Positions 13,083-39,936 of a stretch of DNA of 64,000 bases are shown here, one piece after another. The translations under genes were made by a program, and so were the position numbers. The notes below the pieces were generated by a model. That model was not told where the DNA came from, did no database searches, and saw nothing but the letters and a program-made list of their open reading frames with translations. Origin of the DNA: Paraspadella gotoi (lineage: Eukaryota > Animalia > Chaetognatha); assembly GCA_051294375.1 (NCBI GenBank), contig CM119263.1, positions 26,436,558 to 26,500,557 of the forward strand, given 5' to 3'. Each line of letters starts with the position of its first letter. The stretch's first letter is position 1.

Positions 13083-14240
13083 TTTAAAGGGGAATAAGGA
13101 AACGAGGAAAATAAAAGAGAGGAAATAGCAAATATGGTTTAAAGGGGAATAAGGAAATGATGAAAATAAAAGAGAGGAAATAGCAAATATGGTNNNNNNN
13201 NNNNNNNNNNNNNNNNNNNNNNNNNNNNNNNNNNNNNNNNNNNNNNNNNNNNNNNNNNNNNNNNNNNNNNNNNNNNNNNNNNNNNNNNNNNNNNNNNNNN
13301 NNNNNNNNNNNNNNNNNNNNNNNNNNNNNNNNNNNNNNNNNNNNNNNNNNNNNNNNNNNNNNNNNNNNNNNNNNNNNNNNNNNNNNNNNNNNNNNNNNNN
13401 NNNNNNNNNNNNNNNNNNNNNNNNNNNNNNNNNNNNNNNNNNNNNNNNNNNNNNNNNNNNNNNNNNNNNNNNNNNNNNNNNNNNNNNNNNNNNNNNNNNN
13501 NNNNNNNNNNNNNNNNNNNNNNNNNNNNNNNNNNNNNNNNNNNNNNNNNNNNNNNNNNNNNNNNNNNNNNNNNNNNNNNNNNNNNNNNNNNNNNNNNNNN
13601 NNNNNNNNNNNNNNNNNNNNNNNNNNNNNNNNNNNNNNNNNNNNNNNNNNNNNNNNNNNNNNNNNNNNNNNNNNNNNNNNNNNNNNNNNNNNNNNNNNNN
13701 NNNNNNNNNNNNNNNNNNNNNNNNNNNNNNNNNNNNNNNNNNNNNNNNNNNNNNNNNNNNNNNNNNNNNNNNNNNNNNNNNNNNNNNNNNNNNNNNNNNN
13801 NNNNNNNNNNNNNNNNNNNNNNNNNNNNNNNNNNNNNNNNNNNNNNNNNNNNNNNNNNNNNNNNNNNNNNNNNNNNNNNNNNNNNNNNNNNNNNNAGGTG
13901 TAAAGGGGGAATAAGAAATGGAAAGAAAATAAAAGAGAAGAAATAAGCAAGGATATGGTTAAGGGATGAGAAAATAAAAGAGAGGAAATAAGCAATATGG
14001 TTTAAAGGGGAATAAGGAAAATGATAAAATAAAAGAGAGGAAAATAGCAAATATGGTTGAAAGGGGAATAAAAATAGGAAATAAAAGCGAAGGAAATACA
14101 AATATGGTTTAAAGAGATAAGGAAACTGGTGCAAATAAAAAGAGGAAGTAGCAAAGATGGTTCTAAAGGGGAATAAGGAAACGAGGAAAAAATATGGAGA
14201 GGAAATAGGCAATATGGGTTTAAAGGGGGAAATTTAGAAA
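13083..14240 (+). repeat. ~55-bp purine-rich tandem minisatellite spanning an N gap
   Basis: Unit tttaaaggggaataaggaaa...aaataaaagagaggaaatagcaaatatgg on both sides of gap 13194-13895. Confidence 0.88.
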
Positions 14241-16382
14241 AAATTAAAAAAAATAGAGGAAAAGGGAACTTGGAAAAAAGAACGGGAAAAAGAGAGGCTC
14301 GACGCTCGAGGGTTCGTTCATTCTCGCGCTTCACCTCTTTTCTCCCTTTTCCTTTTCTTCGCTAAGAGATTCAGCAGTTCCACACTTTCACGTGCTTCAC
14401 TTCGCGCCTCTTTTTCGCGCTTGATCTTCTACTGACTCACCTCACTTTAATCTTACCTCTTCTTCTAGAACAGAGTTTCTTCAAATTAGAGTTTAAAACT
14501 TCTTAACCAAATTCCCTGTTCTCAGTATTAAACTTCTTAATTTCATAGATCAAGCACCATTTCACTTTTTTTCTTCCTCATTTTTTAAGCTCTTCTAAAT
14601 GTCCAGCCGCTTGAGAATTACTGCTCTTCATCGAATTCCCAAAATATAAAACCTATAAAATATGAACTTGCCCGCCAGAGGCTCTCCACAAGAAACCCGA
14701 AGACGCCTTCTCAAACCCCACAAAATCCGCGCTCCTTCGGCAGAACCCGCTTTCAATTGTATCTAAATCGTCGTTATTTTTATCATAGTTTATAACAAAA
14801 ATAATAAACTCAAAATAAATGGAAAGATTCGAGGAATCGGAGATATACCGTCGCTCAAAAAGGCTTCCCCTTGGGGCACTCTACCTTAGGGGAAAAGATT
14901 TTTAATCATTTAGGGGTACCCCTAATGCAACATATGTAGGGGTAACCCCTTGTGAATAGATTTTTAACCTTTTCAGGGGCGCTCCCAATACTAGTTCATT
15001 TTGGGAAAAATAAAACTTACCCCCAATGGTAACCCCAGGAGGTAGAAAAAATCTTCCCCCTGGGATAAGAATAAACAGGTCAATTTTAAACAAAAAAAGC
15101 TAGGATTTTAAAATCTATCCTTTACTAAATCTTTTTTCCTTTCACTCTCTTTTTTTTTATTACTTTTATTATATTTATATATATATTTTTAAATCTAATC
15201 TAANNNNNNNNNNNNNNNNNNNNNNNNNNNNNNNNNNNNNNNNNNNNNNNNNNNNNNNNNNNNNNNNNNNNNNNNNNNNNNNNNNNNNNNNNNNNNNNNN
15301 NNNNNNNNNNNNNNNNNNNNNNNNNNNNNNNNNNNNNNNNNNNNNNNNNNNNNNNNNNNNNNNNNNNNAGTCTCAAAATCGGTTTCACGCGAGGGAAAAA
15401 AATCTTTTTCGGAGGAAACTAGTTCGGTGCCAACTTGGAAGAAAATGACTTGACGAAAAAGAGAGACAAACTGGAAGAGAAAAGGGAATAATGTCGTCAG
15501 TAGTAATATAGAATTTTTAATCATTTAATAAAACCTTTTCAAAAAAGATTATATTTCGATAGAAAATGATAAATTTTACCGTTTTAAAATAGCATTTAGA
15601 TTTTAATATCGTTTTTGATTCTCTAGTTCATCATTTACTTTTGCCACAAAGTTGTAGAGAGAGACAGAGAGAGGGAGAGAGAGAGAGAGAGAGAGNNNNN
15701 NNNNNNNNNNNNNNNNNNNNNNNNNNNNNNNNNNNNNNNNNNNNNNNNNNNNNNNNNNNNNNNNNNNNNNNNNNNNNNNNNNNNNNNNNNNNNNNNNNNN
15801 NNNNNNNNNNNNNNNNNNNNNNNNNNNNNNNNNNNNNNNNNNNNNNNNNNNNNNNNNNNNNNNNNNNNNNNNNNNNNNNNNNNNNNNNNNNNNNNNNNNN
15901 NNNNNNNNNNNNNNNNNNNNNNNNNNNNNNNNNNNNNNNNNNNNNNNNNNNNNNNNNNNNNNNNNNNNNNNNNNNNNNNNNNNNNNNNNNNNNNNNNNNN
16001 NNNNNNNNNNNNNNNNNNNNNNNNNNNNNNNNNNNNNNNNNNNNNNNNNNNNNNNNNNNNNNNNNNNNNNNNNNNNNNNNNNNNNNNNNNNNNNNNCAAA
16101 AAAATTTAAAATTTGTATTAATACCTTTATCTAACTTTTAAAGCTCTATCAGAATCCATTAAAAAAAATTGAAAAATTCAAAAAAATTTTAACTATATAT
16201 GTAATAAAATAATCTTTAAATGCTTCCGTGCGCTTATTAATAAGATATTTTTTAAAATTATTTTTATTTTCATATTCTACAGTCCTTTATCATTATTTAT
16301 TTGAGAGAACTTCTAGTTTTCACCTGTTCCGGCCTTATATATATATATATATATATATATAGAAGAGAGAGAGAGATGAGAG

Positions 16383-16465
<83 letters not shown>

Positions 16466-16482
16466 GAGACAAAAAGAAAAAG

Positions 16483-16586
16483 ATGGAGACAGGCGTTGTT
16501 ACTATGGCAACGCGTGGGTCGCCATTGACGCGCCCTCGCGGACGGAATCGCAAATGCCAGAGAAATCTCATATGTCGGGAAAGAAT

Positions 16587-16643
<57 letters not shown>

Positions 16644-17704
16644 GAGAGAGAAGAGAGAGAAGAGAGAGAAGTTTTTGAAAATTAGTTTTCAATTGAAACT
16701 CGCTATCTTGCTGGACATAACCATAATAATGTAATGCTAAAAACTAAAAATTATTTGCTTTGGTGTTCACGTCTGTCACTCTTTCACTAGATATTGTGAA
16801 AGTCTCACGAGAAATCCCGTTGCGGTTGGTCACCTTTAAATCTCGTGATGCGATGGTTGTTTTGGTCTCGTTGCGTCAAAAAGTTCGGACGGTTTTCGGA
16901 CGGACCGACCCTCACTGTTTTCGGTTGATTTCTTTTTAACTTTAGTTATTCAATCTCTTCTATCCCACTTTCTCTTCACATATTAACAATATTTTAATTC
17001 ACGCATCCGCTTTGTCGCGTTTATCCCCATGTGATTCCGGCTCAGAATATTCACATCCTTACAATTCGCATGAGCCGTAACAAAAAAAAAAAATTGCCTC
17101 TAAAGGCTTTTCGCTATCGTTCTCTTCATTCGCTGCTTCATCCCCTCCTATCCTCAGTATCCCCACTAATCCCTTCCTCTGTCTCTTCCTCTCTCTCCAA
17201 TGACCCTTCCTCCCGATCTTTTTCCCTCATTTCCTCCCTTCTTCCTCCGTCTTCCTTCGTCTATCTTCCTCTCTTTTTCTCCCTGGTCTGACCCTCACTT
17301 CCCCTACCCCCCCTCCTTCCCTCTCCTCCCTTCCTCCCTCCCCTCCCTCTCTCTCCCCTCCCTCTCTCTCTTCGATCCCCCGTCGCTCCTTGAAAGATGT
17401 TTGTCCCGGCGGAGCGGACGTGAAGGAGCCGTTTGAATACAAATCATGGGGATTTGACAATTATGACGGGAATCGTAATGAGGAGAGGAGGAAAGGACAA
17501 GAGAAAGAAAAAAAAGTTAGAAAAAAAAGGGAGAAGAAAAGAAAAAAAGGGACTAATACCAAGAAAATCGGAAGGAAAGAGGCGTGGGGGGGAACACTGT
17601 GTCTCTCTCTCTCTCTCTTGTCCTCGAGATCCCTTTCCCCTTGGGGAGGATGGAGAGGGAGATACAAATCCGAAAATCGGGGGGGAAAAAAGGAAGAGAG
17701 AGAG

Positions 17705-17756
<52 letters not shown>

Positions 17757-17766
17757 AGAGAGAGAA

Positions 17767-17799
<33 letters not shown>

Positions 17800-18358
17800 G
17801 AGAGAGGGAATAAATAAAATCTTTTCATCGTCGTCGTCTTTTTAATTTCCCAAATCGTCGTTCGATTCCAGACGGATTCGACATTTGTGATTTAATTGTT
17901 TACGAGATGTCACTGGTAAGGTCGCGAGGGATGGCATCGGGGAAGGGCATCGCGGGACGGCATCGCGGGATGGAACCGCTGAATGAATTTTTTTTTGTTT
18001 CCCCATTTTTCCCAATCTCCCTCATTTCTGCTGCATCTATCACATCTACTCCTCTTTAACAGGTAAGTCCATTTTTTACTTCGCTAGTTTTTTTTCAACT
18101 TTGGTTTTTTTTCGTATTTCCGTTTCCTACAGAGAATTTCCGGTTCTCATACGGATCCCAAACTAATGAATTCTGGAATTGTTTTTATATCTGTTCGAGG
18201 TGGCCAAAACGTAAGGGATTCTTGCTACCGCATCAGACGACCCGTCAGATCGCCCCATCTTGTTTGCTCCATCAGGTCGCCCCATCAGGTTGCCCTTCCC
18301 CAGCAGCCCCCTCCCATTTTCAGCGTCCTCTGGTCCCCCGGGCGATAATAAGACATAA
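16483..18358 (+). CDS. Probable divergent C-type-lectin-like domain gene (5' part missing); candidate exons 16483-16573, 16791-16923, 17046-17076, 17397-17474, 17872-17915, 18133-18210, 18324-18358
   Basis: Stitched translation gives RRCYY...YCESL..RLVTFKSRDAM...IFTSL...EPFEYKSW...DICDLIVY...FWNCFYICSRWPK...*, the order of CTL landmarks (CY, C..L, LVSI.S, WIGL-like, F.Y.NW, C, FIC). GT-AG boundaries; AATAAA at 18359. Needs two 1-nt indels and one phase fix, so it may be a pseudogene or noisy sequence. Confidence 0.45.
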
Positions 18359-18759
18359 AATAAACTCATCACGTGTCTCGTTGTTTCCGGGATAAATAAA
18401 GGTGAATAAACAAAACATATTCTCTATTGTGAATGTATTAAATATTTTATAACCCAATCGTCTTTTTTAAGAAAAAGATTAATATTTAAGAATTTTTTTA
18501 TTTCGAATTTGACAGAAGAAAATATCGAATTTCTTTTTTATTTTCTTTCACAAAACAGTTTTTGTACGACTCAGATTTTTGAGTTTCTTTGTAACTGTAT
18601 TAATAACAATATAAGTAGGTAATTAAATATCACTAAACGAATGAATCTTTATTCTAAATTATAAATTTAAAAAAAAAAAATTTTGAAAATATTTTTAAAA
18701 AATATATAATTTAAAATCAAAAAATAAACCTTTTCGCCCGGTTACTCGGTCCTCTATCT

Positions 18760-19060
18760 CGTCGCCATTCGTCACAAACGCCGACGACGTTGAGCGAAGC
18801 TTGAACAGCGCTTCTCGTGCCACGAGGCCGCGTCATTTTTTTTAAGTCGCCGCGAGATGGCCCGACGCCACTTCCGGTTAGAGCGATATCTCAAAACCAT
18901 TTTAGCGCGCTACATATAAGTCGACGCTGGCGGTCTCAGCGCCGTTAACGGTTATGTTCCCCTTTGAGTTCTTAACGACCGACCCAACCGGCGCCATCTA
19001 CGTTGGACGCGGCGTCGTTCGTAAAAAGCGGCGCCGTCGTAGAGACGAGACCTCAGGTTT
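18760..19060 (+). promoter_or_regulatory. CpG-rich putative promoter / 5' non-coding exon of the Munc18-like gene
   Basis: CpG-dense island in AT-rich flanks; ETS-type CACTTCCGG near 18869; YY1-like GAGATGGC and GCCATCT; possible donor ctcag|GTTTAT at ~19056 splicing to the acceptor at 19510. Confidence 0.45.
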
Positions 19061-19518
19061 ATTCGTCGTCTCGTCATGTTCATCTCCGTTGTCGTCTTGT
19101 TGTCCTAAACAAACCAGAAGAATAAATATAAAAAGTATCCATTCATTAAAAAATGACAAGCAATGTCATTCATGGGACTTTTTGTCGAACGATGTTTCAA
19201 CTGTCGCGTGTTAGTTTTTGATTTATCTATATCTCAGTTATCTCAGTATTTTGAAGGAATACTAAATATTTGTTGTTTAGTAGTAAAGGCTGGATCCTAT
19301 AGTAGTTTACTTTAATTAATTTTTGTTTCTATCTTTTTATTTACGAATGAAAAATATTTGTCTCGATTTATCGTTTAATTAGTCGAAAAAAAAAAACGCA
19401 AGAAAAAGAAATCGTTTAAAAAATTATCATAAAGGAAAAAGATGTTAGCGTTAAAAGGGTAGAAAATAATATTTTAGTTGTTAGACTTTTGAGTGAAAAA
19501 ACTTTTGTAGCAGCGAAG

Positions 19519-32514
<12,996 letters not shown>

Positions 32515-33647
32515 AGGGAAGGGGGCAGTGGAGTGTGGGTTGTGGAAGGTGAGGCTGTGGACATGGGGTTGTGGAAGACGGGGTGTTTAAAGACCGGGTG
32601 GTGGAAGAGGGGGTGGTGGAAAAAGGAGAGATGAACCAAGTGGGGATGAGGAGGTGAAGATAATGAGATAACAAAGTAAAGAGGAGTGATTATTAAATGG
32701 AGGTTGTGGCGAAGAACAAACCGTAAACAAACGAACAAACGAACAAACGAACAAACGAACGAAAATGGGATCGATCAGTTGGAGAAGAACGCGGAGGTAA
32801 TGACGGGGAAACGGATCGACGGGAGGAAGAATTTAAAGAAAGTATTATACAAGTTAAAATGTGACAATGAGTATTTCTTATTTTTGACATTCCTATTCCA
32901 ATTTGTACTCAGGATTTACTCGAATTACATTATCTTCGCCTACAATCCGAAATCTCTTTGTCTCTTTCTTCCCCGATGAACATTAAAACCGCGCGTCTTT
33001 CTTACATTTCTTTTTCTTTCTTTCTTTTTTCGCTCCTCCCTTCTTTCCTCTTTTCCTTCTTTCCTTCTTTCCTCTTCGATATTCATAAAGATTTATTCTT
33101 TTTTTTTTTTCGTGGTCATATATTTTTTATTTCTTATATAAACATTTTCTTTTTTCTCTCGCCTCATCGTTTTTTTCTTTTCTCCATTGTCGACGTAAAA
33201 TATTCATCGTTCTAATAAAAGCGGAACATCGAGAAAGAAGTGGAAGAAGAAGGAACCGAAGAGTGAGAAGTGAAAGGTGAGAAAGTGAAAGGTCACATTT
33301 CACGGTTCACACCTCACACCTCACACCTCTCCGCCGCAAGCCCCTATCCCGCCAGATTTCCTAAATCCTTCGTTAAGATTTTTTCCGTCAATTCCTTCAT
33401 TCTTTTATCCCCGCTCAATCCGACGGCAACGCTAAATATGTCCAACCGACGATTTTTAACTTTTTTCTCCACGTCAAGACCCTTTTTAAGGTGACATTCC
33501 GATCCCCGCGAGGCATTCCGAAACCCGTCATTCTTTTTTCTTTCCCGCGCGACATTCCAATCCCGACCGATCCACTCTTTTTCCTCGTGACAGGACTCGA
33601 CGGCCTCGTCCCCTCAATCTCAATTTCTTTCTGCGGAAACTCTTTAC

Positions 33648-33728
<81 letters not shown>

Positions 33729-34378
33729 GCTCTTAACCCTGGCTTTTTCCCCATTTAAAAGCTTGCTCGTTTGCCTCCTCCGTGATTGAATTATAATTGG
33801 TCGATTTGTCCCCATTCCTCCAGATTGCCACCATAAGTTTCCATCTGCCACATTTGCCATTGCCTGAATTTTTTTTCGCGCCATTTCCGTGAGAGATCCG
33901 GCACCGGGGGAGAGTGCTCTTCGTCGTCGTTGTTGTTGTTGTCTTCGCTAGCGTCGATTTTAGTCAGTAACAGTATAAAACGGAACTTAACCGCTTTTTG
34001 TGGGGGGGGTTTAAACGTATTATTCAATTGATTATTTTAACATTCGTTTCTGGAAATCAATCCCAAATTTCCCGAAAATAGCATAAAATTTCTATTAAAA
34101 AAAGGATAGTTTGTATTTGTATGTATGTATGTATGTAAACTAAAACAGAACCAAGTTTGTCCCATGGCGAAGGACAACAATAACAACAACAAGGATCAAA
34201 GAAACGACCCAGTTTGTCCCATCGCGAAGGACAACGCTAAAACTGTCGCTCGGGAAACCTTTATTCTAAGACCCCTTTAGTTTCGCGAGGCTCTCAGCAA
34301 ACAAAGCATCGATGGACGGGACGTCGTCGTCGTCGTCGTCTTCGAACGTCCTAGCGAGAAAGGTGATCATTGTCGTCT

Positions 34379-34409
<31 letters not shown>

Positions 34410-35387
34410 NNNNNNNNNNNNNNNNNNNNNNNNNNNNNNNNNNNNNNNNNNNNNNNNNNNNNNNNNNNNNNNNNNNNNNNNNNNNGTTTGTCCGGATATT
34501 CGGGTCTCCGGGTCTGGCCCCGGTTTGGCCTTGCATGACTAAACGGGTTTTATTTCCCCCTGTAGAGGAATGAAGCTGCTGGTGGCTTCTCTCTAAGTCT
34601 GAGCCGCCGCCTTTTGTCTCCAGTTTTTTTTTCTTTGTTTTCTCTTGTGTTTCGTTTTTTTTTTTAAATTTTAAATTAATTATCATTTTGGATTATCTAA
34701 ATTTCGATGTATTTATTAATGGTATTAACTAAAAGTAAGTTGTCCCAATAGCCCATTGTTTGTACCAATATCATAATATATAAACTGCGTAAAGAAGATT
34801 AAGCAATATGCAAACTTTTTTTTCAAAATGGGTCAAACATAATTCGCAATTATAGTCCATCAAGGGGCTCGCCATTTTTTTTTTCAAATCCATATGTCCC
34901 TTAAAAACATCCCCATCATTGAAAATATTGTGCGGCAATTTTTTTTTTCATGTCTCTCTTCTTTCGGGGACCCCTGGTCCCCTGGCCGGCGCAAAAAGTC
35001 CCGAACCAGAATTTAAGGGGACGCGCCCCTCGCTTGGCCGAGCCTTCGTAAAATCGGCCCGGGATTCCGATAGCCGAGAGTAGAGAGGGTCGTGTAGGGG
35101 CGGAAGAGCCGGAAAGAGAGGTGGATGGGGGAGTGACGAATGAAAGACTTAATAAAGTGGTTACTATGAAACGGTGGCATCTCCTCTGCTTCGCCAAGCC
35201 CTCTGCATAGGAAACTCCTATGCATCGCCATGTCATCCGCATCGGACGCTCCTCTGAATCATCAACCCTGTCTCACCAGTGAAAACAGCTTTGTTCTATG
35301 CAACGACGCGGCAACGAAAAACATCGCTCCGTGANNNNNNNNNNNNNNNNNNNNNNNNNGTGACGCTGTCGGAAATTTCCCCGCTGC

Positions 35388-35454
<67 letters not shown>

Positions 35455-38400
35455 AGAGAGACGAGAGAAAGAGAGAGAGTGAAATTCGGATCCGGAAAGG
35501 TCTTCACGGCAACGGAATTGCCTTTTTTCGCCGGACGGCGTCTCGGCCCCCAGCGCGTCGATGGCGCGTCCGTAAAAACAGGGAGAGGGAATTCGAGAAT
35601 CAGGCCCTTTACGAACCCGGGCCCTTTTGCGTCCCTGCGCCGGGAAGGGGTGGCGGACAGCGCATGAAGGGACGTCAGTTGTGGTTACTGGAGAACACAA
35701 TGCGTTGAAATAACTGCTTTACGCGCAAGTTTAAAGTAGGTTTAAAACTCCGGATCATTTCTAAAGTGTGACACGTGTGTGAAGAGAAAGAAAAAAGAGT
35801 GCGTCCATAAATACGACCGAATGACACCTTAATTCTTCCAAAATTGGTGCCAAGGAGAGTGCAAAAGACTTTAGCCGGGATTGTAATCGGAGCGGAATTG
35901 TGGCCAAACTTTGGCCGAAAACCTCGTCGGGGATTGCGCCTGAACTGCGCCAACGAAAATCCGCGGCGTGTCCTCCGCCACTTATCGTTCTCCTTTTTTA
36001 AAGCTTCGGAAGGGCCACGTGAGGGAACTTGATGGATGGCGGCCGGTTAAGTCGTCTCAGATGATTCATTCCCTTTTGCGCCTAAGTGCATATTACAGTG
36101 ATACAGTGAAAACAGTTTGATCTTGATTTAATCCAATATTTCTGTTTATCTTTCTTTTTCTTATTCCTTTTAATATTAGTTTTCTTTGCGTCTATTCTTA
36201 TTTTTCTTTCCTTTTAAATCTTCACTTTCACATCGCTCGCAATTTTTTTTTTTCTTATCTCCCTATTCCCTCTTTTCTTTCCTCTGTTTGTTTCCGCCAT
36301 CTTCAAACAGATGATCTACTAGCTCCACAACACCCAAAACCTCCCCCCCCTCTTCCACGCGAGAATAAAAAAAAGGAAAAAAAGAAATTCCGTCGTTTCC
36401 CGTGTTTTCGTTTGTTTCTCCCCCCCCCCCCTTTTGTTTACGTTACTCCTTTTCTTCAAACTCCGTGCCGAGTTTCGTCTTCACCTACCACACTCAACTC
36501 ACCCACTCGTCGATCCGTCCGATAAAAAAGGTATTGCTATCCTAGATTACCACCAGGGTCCACCGTCCCGCTGAAACTCAAACCCTACCAAAACTATTCT
36601 CCCGCCAGTGTACCGGACCGCTCCCTAATGGCGTCTCACCCCCACTCTAGCAAAACGCTCCTACTCTACTCCACCCAACCCCCTTTTTCCGCTCCTACAC
36701 CCATCCTTTCGCGCTACCCGCTGCAACCCGATTCCATGGGGAAAAAAAATTCGTCTGATCCTTCGTCGAAGATGCACGTGAGTTGGGTTCCAATTCCGCG
36801 TCGACGCATCTTCTTCTCTCTCTCTTCTCATCTCCTGTCTCTGCTCATCCTCTCTCTCTCTCTCTCTTCTTCTCTCTCTCATCTCTCTCTCCTCTCGGGA
36901 CACACGGTTAAACGCATCCCTTTTAGACACTCGCCATTTCTTTCTCTTTTCCTTTTCAATCTTTCTTTTTTTCTCTTCTCACGTTTTTTCATCTTTATTT
37001 ATTTTTTATTACTTATTGTTTCTTTTTTTTTTTTTCTTTTAGCTTTCCCTCCCTTTTCATTTTGCGACTTCGACTCTTTACGTCTTCATCATTTGTTCAC
37101 ATTATTCTGTGAAAACTTTCCTCATTTTATATTCATTATCAATTTATTATTTTTCACTTCTTCTTTTTCATTATCCTTATTATATTCCCATATTTCATTC
37201 TTTTTCTTTTTTTCGTTTCATTCAACATCATTTGTTTTTCTTTGTTCTTCAGTCTTTTTTTTTCTTTCGATCGGAGAAAAGAATCTCCGTTTTTTTTCTT
37301 TAAAAACAAAGATTACGTCATAATCTTTTGTTTCACATTCCAGATTATCAGTGGCGGGGCTGAGCTCGTTTCTTGTTATTGTGTCGAGGTCCTGATCGCT
37401 TGTCGTCGTCGTCCGTCGTGTGACCGAGATCGTCGTCCTCACCGTGTTTTGTCTTCTTCGTCGGGTCGTGTGTCTGTCATTTGGCAAAAAAAAAAAGCAA
37501 AGCCCATTGTTGGGATTTTTTCCTCAACTTTTTTGGTATCAATAAAATGCGGAACAAAAATGTCATCGGGGTCGTATTTTCCTTACCGCTCTATTACTCG
37601 CGAGTCGCAAGGGTTTGGTTTGTAGAAGAAGAAGAACCGAACGACGAACCGAACGACGACGATCGACGCAAGGCGAAACAACAACACTAACATAGGAGAG
37701 CGCAACAACAAAACACCAATCTCGTCGTCTGATTCGATTTTAATCGGAAAGCGAGTAAAGAGTGTTTTCCGGCCGCCACGACGATGACGACGACGACGAC
37801 GAGACGACGAGACGACGGCCCAAAAAGGCCAAAGAATAAAAAAAGCGGGCGAAATGGAGAAAGAGTGAGAAATGATAGGCGGCAGTTATTGCGACCAATA
37901 AACGTTAAGTCGACACAGAAAGACCCTTTTTTCGAGAAAAAATAAATTTCCGATCGAGTTTAGGGAAAGCGCCGTTGCAGATGTTTTTTTATAATTTATT
38001 TTCTTTTTTATCATCCGAGTTTTTATTAGTTGTTTTTTTTTTAAACGCAAATATCGAAACGATTCGATTGCCTTTTTGGTTTTTTCGATGAAAAACGGAT
38101 TTTTTGTTAAACACAGATTTCGTTTAAATTTTCCCGGAGCGTCGTTTGCAACGGGAAAATCAATTTAAATTTTTTTCGCCGGAACCGATTTTAGGTTCGT
38201 TGAATTTTCTGGCCTGGATTCTAGGTTTTGCTGGGAAACTTAAAGTGCTAAATTTTCCCGAGGGATTTAAAATGGCGGCTCCTGCATTGAGACTTGTAGG
38301 AACCGTCGTCTATAAATCGGTCTTCGAACGCGTAGACATTCCTTGTTTTCGCTTAGCCATAACTTGGCGACGTAAACACGCTTACCTTTTAGACTCCGAC

Positions 38401-39351
38401 TCTCACCCAAGCTCTCCACCCCCCTCCATTTACCAATTTACCAACGGCAGCCAATTTCCCCCATCACGGGGAACTTTTCAACCTAAGCGACGAATACGAA
38501 TTGGGATTCCTTTAACCCAAGCGGATCATTTTGAAAAGGCTCAAACCAAAGTGCCCCCCCGACGTCCCTGCTGTCTCAACTTTTAAATTTCCCTCCAAAC
38601 GCTTTACCTGCTTCCGCACCGATCATTTCAGTGCAGCTTCGATGAGGGCTGATAACTTGATTGTTAGTCTTCCTTTGGAAATCGTGATCCCAATTAGGAA
38701 TCTAGCATATTAATAAATTCATTATCCCTTAAACTTCTCTCTCCTTTTCCTCCCTTTCCTTTATTCGTCACTCTCTCCCTTTCTCTCCTTTTTCCTTTCC
38801 TCCACCCTTTAAAACTTCCTCCATCCGCACCTGAGTTCCGAGATTTCGTGTGCTCCTCCTCTTCCCTTCCTCCTCCTCTTCCTCTTCCTCCTCCTCCATC
38901 CTCCTCTTATGGTTACAAGTAATGCCCTAGCGTCACTAAAGCCTCGAAAAGATGGGACGCAGCCCTCGCTCGTACGAGAAACCTTCCTCCTTCAGTTGCC
39001 TAGCAACGACGACGAACCGACGAAAAAACAACAACGGTATTGTGCTAAAGACGAGGCGTGAGGGGCTGGGCGACTTGGGGCGCAGGGGGAGGGGGCGGCT
39101 GTTCGGCGCAGGTGGAGGACGGGGGAGAGGGCCGGGGGGGGCGGGCGACCGGACTCACAAAGACGAAGATACTATCATCTCGTAAATCACAAAGGACAGA
39201 GATAGAGGAACGGGTTATAGCGGTTATTGATTAGAAAAGGTAAAGCCAAACATTTTGCTCAATCTTAACGTGAATAATAATAATAAAGGATAATTGATTA
39301 ATTGATTGGAATTAAGAATTGATAATATTATTTATATTGATAATGTGGTTT

Positions 39352-39615
39352 TTAATCAAGTAAACACAGCGCAATAATCAATATAGAAACAAAAAGCCTG
39401 AAACAATGGAACAATAGTAAACAAAGCCAACACAATCGCAATTCGCGAGGATAATCGAAGATCTGAGATCCAAGAAGTGGGGCGGGCGGAGACGCCGCCC
39501 GCAGCCGGCCGCCGCCACCAGCCGCCCGCCGCGTCCAGCGCAGCCCCGCTGCCGCCGTCGAGAAAGTGGAGATGATACCGATAAGAATAACAAAGGAGAA
39601 GAGAAGAGATGACAT
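39352..39615 (-). CDS. Copy A of the same small signal-peptide ORF (indel-rich)
   Basis: Same MSSLLFSFVILIGIISTFSTAAA start; downstream frame differs (...GSQIFDYPRELRL...). Confidence 0.3.
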   Translation of the reverse strand: MSSLLFSFVILIGIISTFSTAAAGLRWTRRAAGGGGRLRAASPPAPLLGSQIFDYPRELRLCWLCLLLFHCFRLFVSILIIALCLLD

Positions 39616-39641
39616 CGGGGGAATTTGAGACGTGGGAAGAA

Positions 39642-39731
39642 TCACGTGACTCGGTGAACCGTCAGTGGGAATATAGAAAACCTCACGTGACTGGAAAACT
39701 TCACGTGACTCTCGGAGAAGGCGTCACGTGA
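39642..39731. promoter_or_regulatory. Copy A of the TCACGTGA array (4 intact, 1 degenerate)
   Basis: TCACGTGA at 39642, 39683, 39701 and 39724; gtcagtggga at 39661. Confidence 0.65.
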
Positions 39732-39835
39732 TCCGTCAAATCGGCCAGGAAACGACGGGAGGAGCATTCACGTCGGAGAAGGAAAAAGACAATGAGACGA
39801 GAAGAATGGAAAGGAGAGAGAGAGAGAGAGAGGAG

Positions 39836-39936
<101 letters not shown>

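Noticed and set aside
14907-15065. Palindromes ttaggggtacccctaa and aggggtaacccct as MITE ends
   Set aside because: No matching terminal inverted repeats or target-site duplication could be defined.
16498-16511. Perfect X-box as the Munc18 promoter element
   Set aside because: It falls in the R-C-Y-Y-G-N codons of a putative CTL-like exon and lies 3 kb from the ATG; may be coincidental.
34916-35242. 108-aa minus-strand ORF with KR sites
   Set aside because: No signal peptide at the start, no recognisable motif, and overlapping alternative frames are equally open.
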